A program made the translations under genes and the position numbers. Positions 38,487 to 48,420 of a DNA stretch of 64,000 nucleotides are shown here, one piece after another. Positions within the stretch are counted from its first letter, which is position 1. The number at the start of each line of letters is the position of its first letter. The notes under the pieces are model-generated. The model did not search any database. It worked only from the letters and a program-made list of their open reading frames with translations, and was not told the DNA's origin. The stretch comes from an uncultured Bacillota bacterium (GTDB lineage Bacteria; Sysuimicrobiota; Sysuimicrobiia; Sysuimicrobiales; Segetimicrobiaceae), in NCBI GenBank assembly GCA_963804645.1, contig CAWDRG010000002.1, forward strand, positions 1-64,000. Reading direction: 5' to 3'.

Positions 38487-39596
38487 GTGGCTGACACCGC
38501 CGCGTACCTCGAGCGCACGCTCTGCGATCTCGTCAGCATCCGCAGCGTAACCGGCGAAGAGGCCGCGCTGTCGCAGTACATCTCCGACTCGCTGTCGCGC
38601 GCGGGCGTGGCGGTCGAGCGCGATGCGGAGGGGAACGTGACGGCGGAGCTCGGCGCGGGCGATCGGCTGCTCGTCGTCAACGGGCACATGGACACGGTCC
38701 CCCCGGTGGACGGCTGGACTACCGATCCCTTCTCGCCCCGCATCGACGGCGGCCGCGTGATCGGTCTCGGCGCCTCGGACATGAAGGCCGGGCTCGCCTG
38801 CATGATGTGGCTCGCGCAGCACGCGCGCCCGCGGGTGCGGACGTGGTTCGCGTTTACCAACAACGAGGAGGGCGGCTCGATCACGCCCCGCAACGGGGTG
38901 CGGCGGTTGATCGGCCGGGCGAAGCCGGACTACGCGATCACGACCGAGCCGTCGTACGACCCGGGCAGCCGGACGCTGCACGTCGGCATCGGCTGTCAGG
39001 GTCGCGCGGTCGGCTACCTCACGGTGCTCGGCCGCAGCGGCCACTCCTCCGACTGGCGCCGGGCCGACAACGCGATCTACCGCGGCGTCGACGTCATTCG
39101 GCGGATCGCGTCGGCCGCCGAGCGCCTCAAAGGGGTCGAGGTGGCGCCCGGCGTGCACAGCGTCCCGTCGCTGTCGGTCGTGGCGGCCCACGCCGGGTTG
39201 GCGGAAAACGTCATTCCCGACCGGCTGAAGCTGACCGTCGACCGCCGCCTCGCCGTCGGCGAGGACTACGGCACGTTCGAAGCGGAACTCCGGGCCGCGG
39301 CGGAGGGAGTGCCGCACGAGCTGGAGCTCGCCAAGCTGTGCCTGCCGACTCTGGCCGACCGCAACGGCCATACGCTGCGGGTCGTGCGCGAGACGGTCGC
39401 CAAGATCCAGGGCGCCGCGTCGCTGCAGTTCTCGCAGGGACGCCAGGACCTGTCGATCTTTGCGGAGCGGACCCACGACTTCTGCAATCTTGGTCCGGGC
39501 TCGATCGGCCAGGCCCACAACGCGGGCGAGTGCGCGACCGTGGCGGGCATGGTCGCCGCGACGGCGGCGCTGAAGGCCGTGATCGAGGCGATGTGA
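38487..39596 (+). CDS. M20 ArgE/DapE-like metallopeptidase/deacylase
   Basis: NGHMDTV, GASDMKAG, NEEGG, TEP, GPG...AH. Confidence 0.9.
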   Translation: MADTAAYLERTLCDLVSIRSVTGEEAALSQYISDSLSRAGVAVERDAEGNVTAELGAGDRLLVVNGHMDTVPPVDGWTTDPFSPRIDGGRVIGLGASDMKAGLACMMWLAQHARPRVRTWFAFTNNEEGGSITPRNGVRRLIGRAKPDYAITTEPSYDPGSRTLHVGIGCQGRAVGYLTVLGRSGHSSDWRRADNAIYRGVDVIRRIASAAERLKGVEVAPGVHSVPSLSVVAAHAGLAENVIPDRLKLTVDRRLAVGEDYGTFEAELRAAAEGVPHELELAKLCLPTLADRNGHTLRVVRETVAKIQGAASLQFSQGRQDLSIFAERTHDFCNLGPGSIGQAHNAGECATVAGMVAATAALKAVIEAM

Positions 39597-39859
39597 GGCG
39601 GCGGGACACCCTATCGCAGGAGACGCCATTCCTGAGGTCCCGACGGGTTCCGCGCCGCCCCCGGCCCTGTGCGGAGGCATTGCCATCGACTACAAGGCCT
39701 TCGCGCGCTCGCTTCCGCCAGACCGACGCTCGCAAGCAGAGCGATGCTTAACCCCCAGAACAGCTGCCGACGACGAGGGACGCAATCGGCGATGAAGGTC
39801 GCGGCCAGCGCCACCGCCGCCCCGGCGGCCCCTTGGGCGGTGCGCGCCTGTCCGACCGC

Positions 39860-39965
39860 CGCCAGTGAGACGTGGCGTCGTGCCAAGCAGCCGCTTGGTC
39901 TCCGCGATCTCTCGCTCCCGGCCGATGAAGCTTGTGAGTTGAACAGGTAGGTTGTCAAGACGCTG
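39860..39965 (-). pseudogene. Remnant of an NB-ARC/ATPase-LuxR-type regulator N-terminus
   Basis: LDNLPVQLTSFIGREREIAETKRLLGTT followed by loss of the expected Walker A GxGKT. Confidence 0.6.
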
Positions 39966-40197
39966 GCGAGGCGGCGAAGACACGGGGCGTTGTTGACGCA
40001 GAGGCCTTGCCGGGCGCTTAGCAGCCGGTTTCTTCGCAACCCGCTTCCGTGACCGACGAGCCATTCGTCAGCCCCGCGCGACCTGACATCGCGCTGTTGC
40101 GGTCGGGGTTCGGCAGGTCGGGAGTGTTGACCTCTGGGCGCCCTAGAGGGGGGCGGCACCCTACCCCAGAAACGCGGCGATCAAAAGATCCGCTGGG

Positions 40198-40632
40198 CTA
40201 CGCGACGGCCTCGACTCGCACCTGATGGCCGGACCGGCGGGCCAACCGAGCCCAGTGTTCCATCTGTCGCAGGTTGGCGGTGACCACGACCCCGCGTACC
40301 TGTGCGGCGCTCAACACGATCAGCACATCATTGGCATGCTCGGCAGGCTTGATCTGTCCATAAAGACGTTGGTATTGTTCAACGAGCCGACCCGCAAGGA
40401 TCCAGTCCTGATACGTCGGCGTCAAGACCGCTCCCAACCGCTCGAACCCTCTCAGGAGCAGCGCCAGCGCGTCGGCGTCTTCGCGATTGCGAGTCCCGGC
40501 CCAGAGTTCGTGCGCAACCACCGCACTTAGGTATCCTTGCCCCACGGTCAGAGGGCGCAGAATGGTGTCAGTTTCGAGACGCCCCCGAATTGCGAGAATG
40601 AATGTTGAGGTGTCGAAGACCCGAGGCCTCAT
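40198..40632 (-). CDS. vapC: PIN-domain VapC toxin
   Basis: VFDTS, SAVV..EL..G, NDVLI..SA, VVTAN. Confidence 0.9.
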   Translation of the reverse strand: MRPRVFDTSTFILAIRGRLETDTILRPLTVGQGYLSAVVAHELWAGTRNREDADALALLLRGFERLGAVLTPTYQDWILAGRLVEQYQRLYGQIKPAEHANDVLIVLSAAQVRGVVVTANLRQMEHWARLARRSGHQVRVEAVA

Positions 40633-40829
40633 CCCTTGGGAGCCCGACGGTATGCGTCGACGAACGTACCACGTTCCCGGAGACGACGGAGCCCCTCGAT
40701 CACATCCTCCCGGGCTAGCGCGAGATCCACAGCGCGGCGGACCGCCTCACTTTCACTCACCCCCAGCCGGGCGGCCAACTCCTGGACTCGGCCAGCCGAG
40801 ACGATTAGGTTTTTCCGTTGAAGCGCCAT
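40629..40829 (-). CDS. RHH antitoxin (VapB-like)
   Basis: RKNL...LA..LGVSESEAVRRAV; ATGA overlap with vapC. Confidence 0.82.
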   Translation of the reverse strand: MALQRKNLIVSAGRVQELAARLGVSESEAVRRAVDLALAREDVIEGLRRLRERGTFVDAYRRAPKG

Positions 40830-40848
40830 GGGCGTCCCTTACCGTGAG

Positions 40849-40879
40849 ATGTGTAATAAACTAGGGATATTATACACAT
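40849..40879 (-). promoter_or_regulatory. vapBC promoter/operator
   Basis: Minus-strand TGTGTATAAT extended -10; inverted repeat ATGTGTA..TACACAT. Confidence 0.6.
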
Positions 40880-41266
40880 TCGAGCGCACCAAGGGAATCT
40901 CCGCTCACCGGGTTGTCCTAGGTCAGGCTTCAAGTACATGCCCCAGGAACGCACGGCCGCTCACAAGCGCCCGCGCCAGGATCGCTCGCAACTCGTGGAG
41001 TTTCGTCTCACCATCCGGCGCAATGGTGAGCGCAGCGGAACTGAGCGCTCTCACCGCGGTCAGCGACAAGGGCCCCGTCCTCCCGCAGACTTCGGAGGGT
41101 TTGAGCGATCAGCGCGTTACCCGCCCCCCGAGCGCCCCGGGCCGCGCCGCGAGCATCTCCGCGATCCCCCATTTGGCTCTATTTCTTGGATTTGTAAAGT
41201 CCCGGAACAGGATCCCGGCGGCCGCGACCAGCAACTCCAGGGCTGTTGAGATGGGCGCGCCACACG

Positions 41267-41296
41267 GGGGACGTCACGCGAGCGCTCGACGTCCCC
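41267..41296 (-). terminator. GC-rich hairpin after the VOC gene
   Basis: GGGGACGTC..GACGTCCCC; no U-tract. Confidence 0.4.
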
Positions 41297-41313
41297 TCTG
41301 CGTCGCGGCGTGT

Positions 41314-42105
41314 CTAGAGGGTACGCAGGTCCGGACGGTCGACAAGTTCCACCCTGACGCCGTCGGGATCAGGAACGATGCCGACGTTGCCGAGTCCGGT
41401 GCCCGCGCGCTTGGGGCTGCCGGCCTCCGGGGTCGCCCCCAGGGCCGCCAGGCTCTTCAGCGCGCTCTCCACGCTGTCGACCCGCAGCGCGAAGTGGCCA
41501 AAGAACGGGCCGGGCGCCGGCTCCGGTCGGTGCAGGAGCTCGAGGACGTCGTAGTCGTAGTTGAGGTACTCCATGTCGAGCTGCCGCTGCTCGACGCGCT
41601 GCGTCTTGAGCGACTTCATCCCCAGCTTCCCGTGGTAGAACTCCATGGCCGCCTTCAGGTTGTTCGCGTTCAGCGAGTAGTGGTCGAACGACTTGATCAG
41701 CGAGTTCGGGACCGCCGCCGTTCGGTAATCCGGGCTGCGCTGTAGCAGTTCCACGCGCGCGCCGTTCGGGTCCAACACAAAGGCGATCCGGCCCACGCCG
41801 GACCCGGCAACCTTCGGCTTCACCACTCCCTCGACGCCGGAGTCCACCAGCCTCTGGTAGTCGCCGTCGAGATCGTGGGTCATGAACCCGATGTGCGTGA
41901 TCCCGTACACCTCGTTGCCGGCCGGCTCGCGCCGGTGCAGGAGCTCGATCATGCCCCCGGTGATCTGCAGGTAGACCACGTCGGTCTGGGTCGACGGGAT
42001 GATATTCCGGGACACGACTTTCGCGCCGAGGACCCCCTCGTAGAAGGCGAGCGATTTGTCCAAGTTCCGAATCACGATGCCGACATGATTCAGTTCGTAG
42101 ATCAT
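41314..42105 (-). CDS. Tandem-domain VOC/glyoxalase family protein
   Basis: LNHVGI..FY..LG, ELL, DPNGARVEL, repeated twice. Confidence 0.88.
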   Translation of the reverse strand: MIYELNHVGIVIRNLDKSLAFYEGVLGAKVVSRNIIPSTQTDVVYLQITGGMIELLHRREPAGNEVYGITHIGFMTHDLDGDYQRLVDSGVEGVVKPKVAGSGVGRIAFVLDPNGARVELLQRSPDYRTAAVPNSLIKSFDHYSLNANNLKAAMEFYHGKLGMKSLKTQRVEQRQLDMEYLNYDYDVLELLHRPEPAPGPFFGHFALRVDSVESALKSLAALGATPEAGSPKRAGTGLGNVGIVPDPDGVRVELVDRPDLRTL

Positions 42106-42304
42106 TGCGGCTCCTCTCTGCTCGTTTCTGCCGGTGCCGTGTGTAACGGCCTCGCGGGCGGTCGGCCGGTCACGTCGACCGCAGGCCGCCGCCGCGCGGC
42201 GCACCGGGCGCTGGGGCGGCGGGACGGACGTCCCGAACAGGATCGCGCATCGAGGCCGGGATACCCTCACTCTTCCCGCCCGCGCGGGTGCCTCCCTGCC
42301 GGTC

Positions 42305-43066
42305 TCAGCGTGCGCCGGGCCACGGCGTTACCGTGATGTTGGTGACGTGGAGGTAGCTCGGACGATCCAAGAGCCAGAGGAAGATGTCTGCGATGTCCGA
42401 GGGACGCAGCATCCGCGCCCGCTCTTCCTTGGAGGGGGGCTCGAGCTTGCGGTCCCACGTGCTCGTATCGACCGGGCCCGGGCTGACCGAGGTGATGCGG
42501 ATGTTCGTGTCGCGGTACTCGTCGATGAGCGCTTCGGTGAGCGCCCTCGCCCCGAACTTGGACGCGGCGTAGAGGCTGGTCCCCGGATTCGCCTTGAACG
42601 AGGCGGTGGACAGCACGTTGAGCACGTAGCCGCCGCCGCCCGCCACGAGGTGCGGCAGCACCGACCGGCACATCAGGTACGTGCCGGTCAGGTTCGTGGC
42701 GATGAGCCGCTCCCACTCCGGGGTGGTGGTGTCCACGAGGCGCCGGCGCGCGTTCATGCTGACACCGGCGCAGTTGACCAGGACGTCGATGCGGCCGAAC
42801 CGGTCCATTACCTCGGCGACCGCCGCGTCCACGTCGCGCTCCTGTCCCACGTCGGCACCGATGCCCACGATCCGGTCGCGCGCGGGTGCGTCGAGCGTCC
42901 GGATCGCGGAGTCGAGCCGCGCGCGGTCCCGGGCCACCGCGGCCACGCCCATCCCTCGGGCGGCGAGCGCGCCGACGGTCGCGAACCCAATGCCCAGGCT
43001 GCCCCCCGTGACAACCGCGACCTGCTCCGACACGCGCGTGGCGGGTGTGTGTTTCGGTGCCGTCAT
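42305..43066 (-). CDS. Short-chain dehydrogenase/reductase
   Basis: VTGGSLGIG, NCAG, YAASK. Confidence 0.93.
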   Translation of the reverse strand: MTAPKHTPATRVSEQVAVVTGGSLGIGFATVGALAARGMGVAAVARDRARLDSAIRTLDAPARDRIVGIGADVGQERDVDAAVAEVMDRFGRIDVLVNCAGVSMNARRRLVDTTTPEWERLIATNLTGTYLMCRSVLPHLVAGGGGYVLNVLSTASFKANPGTSLYAASKFGARALTEALIDEYRDTNIRITSVSPGPVDTSTWDRKLEPPSKEERARMLRPSDIADIFLWLLDRPSYLHVTNITVTPWPGAR

Positions 43067-43956
43067 CCCTTGAGCGCCCCCTCGCTGAGGCCCCGCACCA
43101 GCAGCCGCTGTGAGAACGTAAAGACGATGATGGCCGGGATGCTCATCAGCAGCGACGCGGCCATGAGATCGCCCCACCGGATCCCGTTCTCATCGATGAA
43201 AAAGGCGAGCGCGACCGACAGCGGTCGCTTATCCAACCCCTGCGTGAACACCAGCGCGAACAGAAACTCGTTCCAGGCAAGGATGAACGCGTACATCGCC
43301 GCCGCGATCAGCGCGGGCTTTGCCACCGGCAGCACGATCTGCCACAGCAGCCGCGGGATGGAGCACCCGTCGACGACCGCGGCCTCCTCGATCTCGACGG
43401 GGATCTTGTCAAAGAATCCCTTGATCAGCCAGATGGAGACGGGGAAGACCACCATCAGATACACGAGGATGAGGCCCGGCAGCGTATTCATCAGGTAGAG
43501 GTGCCGGAGCGTGATGAAGAACGGCACGATCACGACCACGCGGGGGAACAGCTGTGTGAAGAGGACCGACCACAGCAGCGTGGTGCGGCCCGGAAACTGG
43601 AACCGGGAGAACCCGTAGCCGCCGAGCACCCCGACCAGCAGCGCGATCGCGGTGGTGGAACTCGCGATGATCAGCGTATTGAGGAACCCGCGGATGACCG
43701 CATGGTTGTGGGAGATCGCGACGAAGTGCTCGAACGTCAGCGGCGACGGGATCCACTGCGGCGGAAACGAGTACTGGTCGACCTCCGGTTTGAGTGCGGT
43801 GCTCAGGCCCCAGAGCAGCGGGCCGACGCTGAACCAGACGAAGAGCAGCCCGAGCGCGTACACGAGCACGTGCTGCCCGGCGCGAGACTTCCGCGTCCGC
43901 GTCTCCGGGACGGTCGCCGTCCGCGGCGCGCCCCCCTGCGTCTCGAGCAGCGTCAT
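43063..43956 (-). CDS. Carbohydrate ABC transporter permease (MalG type)
   Basis: EIEEAAVVDGC, AWNEFLFA. Confidence 0.93.
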   Translation of the reverse strand: MTLLETQGGAPRTATVPETRTRKSRAGQHVLVYALGLLFVWFSVGPLLWGLSTALKPEVDQYSFPPQWIPSPLTFEHFVAISHNHAVIRGFLNTLIIASSTTAIALLVGVLGGYGFSRFQFPGRTTLLWSVLFTQLFPRVVVIVPFFITLRHLYLMNTLPGLILVYLMVVFPVSIWLIKGFFDKIPVEIEEAAVVDGCSIPRLLWQIVLPVAKPALIAAAMYAFILAWNEFLFALVFTQGLDKRPLSVALAFFIDENGIRWGDLMAASLLMSIPAIIVFTFSQRLLVRGLSEGALKG

Positions 43957-44951
43957 CGCGGGGCCTGCTGGGCCTGACTGGCCCGGTTGGCGGCGCTGTA
44001 GATCACGAGCAGCGTCACCGCGGCGAGAAACATCAGCACGCTGAGCGCGGAGGCGGCGCCGAAGTTGTAGTCGGTGAATCCTGCCCGGTAGATCGCGAGG
44101 CTCCAGGTCTGGGTGGCGTTCGCGGGACCCCCGCCGGTCATGACGGTCAGCGTGTCGAAGGAGTTGACGGCTTGGACCGTTTCCAGGATCAGGGCGATGG
44201 CCAGCACGCCCCGCACCGCCGGGACGGTGATGAAGCGGAACAGTTGCCACCAGTTGGCCCCGTCGACCGCGCCGGCCTCGTACTGCTCCACCGGCACGCC
44301 CTGGAGGCCGGCGAGAATCAGCAGCATGATGAAGGGGAAGCCCGCCCAGGAGTACGCCACCATCACGGCCGGCAGCGCGGTGTGGGGATCGCCGAGCCAG
44401 TTGTGGGCGAGCCTCGTGAGGCCCCAGCCCTTGAGGGTCTGGTCGAGGACGCCGACGTCGCTCTGGAGGATCCACCGCCAGAGATTGGCGGAGACCACCG
44501 ACGGCATCGTCCAGGGCAGCACGACCAACACGCGCATCCAGGCCGTCCCGCGGACCTTGGCGTTGAACACCAGGGCGGCGACGAAGCCGAGCGCGAAGCG
44601 CAGGAGGACGGTGCCCGCCACCCACTCGATCGTGCGCTGCACCAGCTGGCCGGCACCGATGGCGGGGTCGGTCAGGATGCTGGCGAAGTTGGCGAGCCCC
44701 ACGAACGTCGTCTGGAATGTCGGGAGCCGCACCGTGGACAGGCTGAACCACACGGTCTGGAGCGTCGGATAGACCATCATGAGCGCGATCAGCACCGTGG
44801 CCGGCAGCACCAGCACATAGCCGGGCCTCCATCTCCGCAGCGCCGCGCGCCGCCGACGCTCCCGAACCAGCGCGGTGCGCCGTCGAACGTCGCCCGCAGC
44901 GCCGTCGTGGCCGGCGCCCGCCGCCTCGCCGTCGGGAGGGGGGGCGATCAC
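43953..44951 (-). CDS. Carbohydrate ABC transporter permease (MalF type)
   Basis: FVGLANF, LAGLQ.VP..YEA..VDGA, TGGGP. Confidence 0.92.
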   Translation of the reverse strand: MIAPPPDGEAAGAGHDGAAGDVRRRTALVRERRRRAALRRWRPGYVLVLPATVLIALMMVYPTLQTVWFSLSTVRLPTFQTTFVGLANFASILTDPAIGAGQLVQRTIEWVAGTVLLRFALGFVAALVFNAKVRGTAWMRVLVVLPWTMPSVVSANLWRWILQSDVGVLDQTLKGWGLTRLAHNWLGDPHTALPAVMVAYSWAGFPFIMLLILAGLQGVPVEQYEAGAVDGANWWQLFRFITVPAVRGVLAIALILETVQAVNSFDTLTVMTGGGPANATQTWSLAIYRAGFTDYNFGAASALSVLMFLAAVTLLVIYSAANRASQAQQAPR

Positions 44952-45763
44952 ATCCTCCCCGACATGTAGCGGGCGAACTGCGGGATGGCCACCTCCGGCT
45001 CCTCGATCTCGGGGTGCCACGCTTTCTCCCACTCGAAGTCCACGTAGCCGTTGTAGTTCGCTCCCTTCAGCACCTCGAGGAAGGAGGGAATGGGAGCCGT
45101 GCCCGTGCCGGTCAGAACGAGATCGAAGCCCTGCGCGGAGGACTTGGCCGAGTCTTTCAGGTGCACGAGCTTGATGCGGTCGCCCAGTTGGGCCCACGTG
45201 TCCGCCGCCTTCTCGCCGTGCCGATAGGTGTGCAGCGTGTCCCAGAGCACCCCCAGGTTCTTGCTCGCGCCGCGCGCGAAGAGATCGAGGATGCTGGTCG
45301 ACGTGGAGAACGCGTCGTGGGTCTCGAGCAGGGCCGTCACGCCGCGCGCGCTGGCTTCGTCCGCCACCTGGCTGAGTCCCGTCGCGATGGCGCGCAGGGT
45401 GGCGGCCCGATCCTGGCCTTCCGGGATCGGGCCGCCGAAGACACGGAGGTACCGCGCTCCCAGCCCTACGGCGATCGCCGTGTTGGCCCGCGACGCCTCG
45501 AGTTGCTTCCGGCGCACGCCTTCGTCGAGGGAGTTCATGCGGACACCGGTGTCGATGGAGACGACGTCGATGCCGTTCTCTTCGAACCGCCGCCGCGTCG
45601 CGCCGATCGTGGCGGGCGCGAGTTCATCGAGCGTCGGCAGATCGACCTCGCCGCGGAGGAAGCGAATCTCCACGCCGGAGTAGTGGTTGTCCTTGGCCAT
45701 CGCGATGACCTGGTCCACGCTGTACTTGGGACAGCCGAGCGTGCTGAATCCGAGTTTGAACAA
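44948..45763 (-). CDS. Sugar phosphate isomerase/epimerase (xylose-isomerase-like TIM barrel)
   Basis: FSTLGCP, LETHD, WDTLH, VHLKD, FEWE. Confidence 0.9.
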   Translation of the reverse strand: MFKLGFSTLGCPKYSVDQVIAMAKDNHYSGVEIRFLRGEVDLPTLDELAPATIGATRRRFEENGIDVVSIDTGVRMNSLDEGVRRKQLEASRANTAIAVGLGARYLRVFGGPIPEGQDRAATLRAIATGLSQVADEASARGVTALLETHDAFSTSTSILDLFARGASKNLGVLWDTLHTYRHGEKAADTWAQLGDRIKLVHLKDSAKSSAQGFDLVLTGTGTAPIPSFLEVLKGANYNGYVDFEWEKAWHPEIEEPEVAIPQFARYMSGRM

Positions 45764-45791
45764 CGCCGTGAGTCCCCTTCCCCTCGTGCGC

Positions 45792-47027
45792 TTATTTCTT
45801 TGCTAGGATCGCGTCGATCTGCTGCGCCATCGCGTCCGCTGCCGCCTGCGGGGTCGACTGCCCGACCAAGATCTTCTGCGCGTTCGTGATGATCACGGTC
45901 TGGATGCCGGCCCAGTCGCCGACGGTCGGCAGGGACCTCGCGTCGCGCAGCGCCTGACCGAAGATGGCCCACTCCGGGTTATTCCACGGCGCGATCTTGT
46001 AGGCCGAGATGCGCGCCGGGGTGCGGTTCATGATCTTGGCCAGGTTCTCCGGCTTGGCGAACCACGTCAGGAAGACCCGGGCGCCCGCGGCGTTCTGGGC
46101 GCCGACCGGCACGCCCATCGTCCAGCCGCCGGACCGGTTGACTTTGCTCGGCGAGAGTACCACGCCCCACTTGAGGTCCTTGTGCGACGTGAACTCGTCG
46201 AAGTCGTTTGACGATCCCGTGATCAGCCCGACTTTGTTCGCCTCAAACAGCGGAATCAGATCGCGGGTCGTCGTGAAGTTCGGCGTGCCGTCCGGGGCGA
46301 CGTGATACTTGGTGTAGAGCTCCGCCCAGTAGGTCAGGCCGGCGACCGCCTTCGGGGAGTTGATCGTGGCTTTGGTGCCGTCCTTGGTGAGGAAATCGCC
46401 GCCAAACGCCCAGATCGTCGCAGACAGGAGGTCCATCGCGTTGGACGGATCGCTCAGGTCGGCGGCGACGCCGACGCCGAACTGTCCCGGGATCGTCAGC
46501 TTCTGCGCGACCCGCAGCATGTCGGTGTAATTCCAGTTGTCCGTGGGATACGGGACGCCCGCCTTGTCGAACACGGTCTTGTTGTAGTAGAAGACGTTGG
46601 CCGACGCCCGGTTGGGGATCGCGTACTGATGGCCGTTGAACTGACTCGACGCCCACACCGACGGCGAGTAGTCTTTCACGTCCAGGGTCTTGGCGACGTC
46701 GTCGAGGGGCTGCAGGAGCCCCTTGGCGGCGGCGGTGGAGACCCAGGTCGTATCGAGGTCGATCACGTCCGGTGGGGTGCCGCCAAGCGCGGAGGCGGTG
46801 AACTTATCGAGGTACCCGTTGATCGGCAGCGGCTCGATCTTGAGCGTGATGTCGGGGTTGTCTTTGGTCCACATCCCCATCGCGATGGGGATCTGAGGCT
46901 CCCACCAACTCCCCACCCAGACGGTCACGGTACCGCTCGCGGTGGCCGCGAACGTCGAGACGTTGACCGTGAGCATTCCGGCGAGGGCGAGTAGGACGGC
47001 GACCCGCACAACCGCTTTCACCCGCAT
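45792..47027 (-). CDS. Sugar ABC transporter substrate-binding protein
   Basis: Signal peptide; PDV, YAIP, YYNK..FDKAG; RBS AAGGAG. Confidence 0.92.
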   Translation of the reverse strand: MRVKAVVRVAVLLALAGMLTVNVSTFAATASGTVTVWVGSWWEPQIPIAMGMWTKDNPDITLKIEPLPINGYLDKFTASALGGTPPDVIDLDTTWVSTAAAKGLLQPLDDVAKTLDVKDYSPSVWASSQFNGHQYAIPNRASANVFYYNKTVFDKAGVPYPTDNWNYTDMLRVAQKLTIPGQFGVGVAADLSDPSNAMDLLSATIWAFGGDFLTKDGTKATINSPKAVAGLTYWAELYTKYHVAPDGTPNFTTTRDLIPLFEANKVGLITGSSNDFDEFTSHKDLKWGVVLSPSKVNRSGGWTMGVPVGAQNAAGARVFLTWFAKPENLAKIMNRTPARISAYKIAPWNNPEWAIFGQALRDARSLPTVGDWAGIQTVIITNAQKILVGQSTPQAAADAMAQQIDAILAKK

Positions 47028-47354
47028 GCGCAGTCTCCTTTCGAGTGGACGCCACATGGCCAGCCGCGCAGGCGGTATTCCCTTCGCGTCGCGGCGTCAG
47101 GTAATGGTGCGCCCATTTTCGAGTCCCTGCGGAGAATTTCCTGGTACCGGGGCCCACCGCACGAGTGTGTAACCAAGGGGTCACGCGAGGGGCCCCTCTG
47201 GGGCGGCGGTTCCGCCGGTCCGGCGCCCACCCCGCTCCACCTGCGTGTGCCGTCGGAGGATCGGTGACCGAGCGGGCGCGATTGTAGACCGTCGCCAGTG
47301 GCACCGCAGCCAAAATCCTGAGACAGTAGGAGGGACTTCCGGGGGGGTGCGATC

Positions 47355-47705
47355 ATGAGCAGCCGCGTAACGGGGGCGCGCGTCCGCCGCGGCACCGGCG
47401 ATCGGTCCTCATTCTTCGCCCGGGTGTACGAGCTCGTGCGCCAGATCCCGCGCGGCCGGGTGACGAGCTACGGAGCGATCGCCCGCGCGCTCGGTGTTCC
47501 GCGGGGCGCGCGCACGGTCGGCTGGGCGCTCAGCGCCTGCCCGGGTGACGTGCCCTGGCACCGCGTCGTCAACGCGCAGGGGAGAATCAGCTGGCGGCCC
47601 ACCGGCGGATACGTCCGTCAGCGGACGCTGCTCCGGCGCGAGGGCGTCCGGTTCAGCCGGGCAGGGCGAATTGACTTTGAGCAGTTCGGGTGGAAGGCTC
47701 TGTAA
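47355..47705 (+). CDS. Alkyltransferase-like protein (MGMT family, PWHRV)
   Basis: IPRGRVTSYG.IA, ARTVGWAL, PWHRVVN. Confidence 0.9.
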   Translation: MSSRVTGARVRRGTGDRSSFFARVYELVRQIPRGRVTSYGAIARALGVPRGARTVGWALSACPGDVPWHRVVNAQGRISWRPTGGYVRQRTLLRREGVRFSRAGRIDFEQFGWKAL

Positions 47706-47898
47706 GTCAGTCTCACCGTCACGGCAGCGGAATCGGCGCGACGGCGACCGGAGATGACAGACGTCGCCGCACCGAGGTCACTTGTGGGCGTGTGCCTGCT
47801 ACGCAGCGCACGAGCTCCGCGCACGAAGCGCCGCACGGCCGCCCCCCCGATGGCCGGAACGTCTGGGCGTCATGACGGGGTGATGGATCGCCGGGATC

Positions 47899-48230
47899 TC
47901 AGGGACGCGGGGTTCCCGCGCACAGCCACGCACTGTTGTGCACTGGAACGTTATTGGCGTCGAACCCTCCGGCGAACACCGTGCCATCGGGATCTTGCGT
48001 AAATGGCGACACACTCAGAGTCCTGGTGGACACTAGCATGGGAGACGGGTGAATCGGGAGTGATCGCCGCCACGTGAAGTCCGGCACGCTTTGCGCATCG
48101 CCGGTGCCGACGGCGCGGGGAGGCGCCGCCGAACTCCCCCCACGTCCGAGACCGGTGCCCGCATGGAACCGACGGCTCCGGTCGTCAGTCCAAGCGCCAA
48201 CACGAGACAGAGAAGCCGTCGGGCGTGCAT
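47899..48230 (-). pseudogene. Probable internally deleted secreted-protein gene
   Basis: RBS plus signal peptide MHARRLLCLVLALGL joined out of frame to a C-terminus-like segment VSTRTLSVSPF..FAGGFDANN..HNSAWL. Confidence 0.45.
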
Positions 48231-48420
48231 TGTCCCCCCTTCCCTCCCCCCACCGGACGAGGGCACCGAGACGCGTCTTTGGGTGTCCTCACCATCTCTT
48301 TGCCACCAACGCCGACACCTTACCGCTGGTGGCCATCCGCGGTTCCCGGTCTGCCCCGGTGCGAACCTGTTCGACGAAGATGCGTCAATGGGACGGCCGC
48401 CGGACTCCGGCGGCGGTGCA

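Noticed and set aside
40828..41745. 305-aa plus-strand ORF
   Set aside because: Half is antisense to the VOC gene; no recognisable motifs or RBS.
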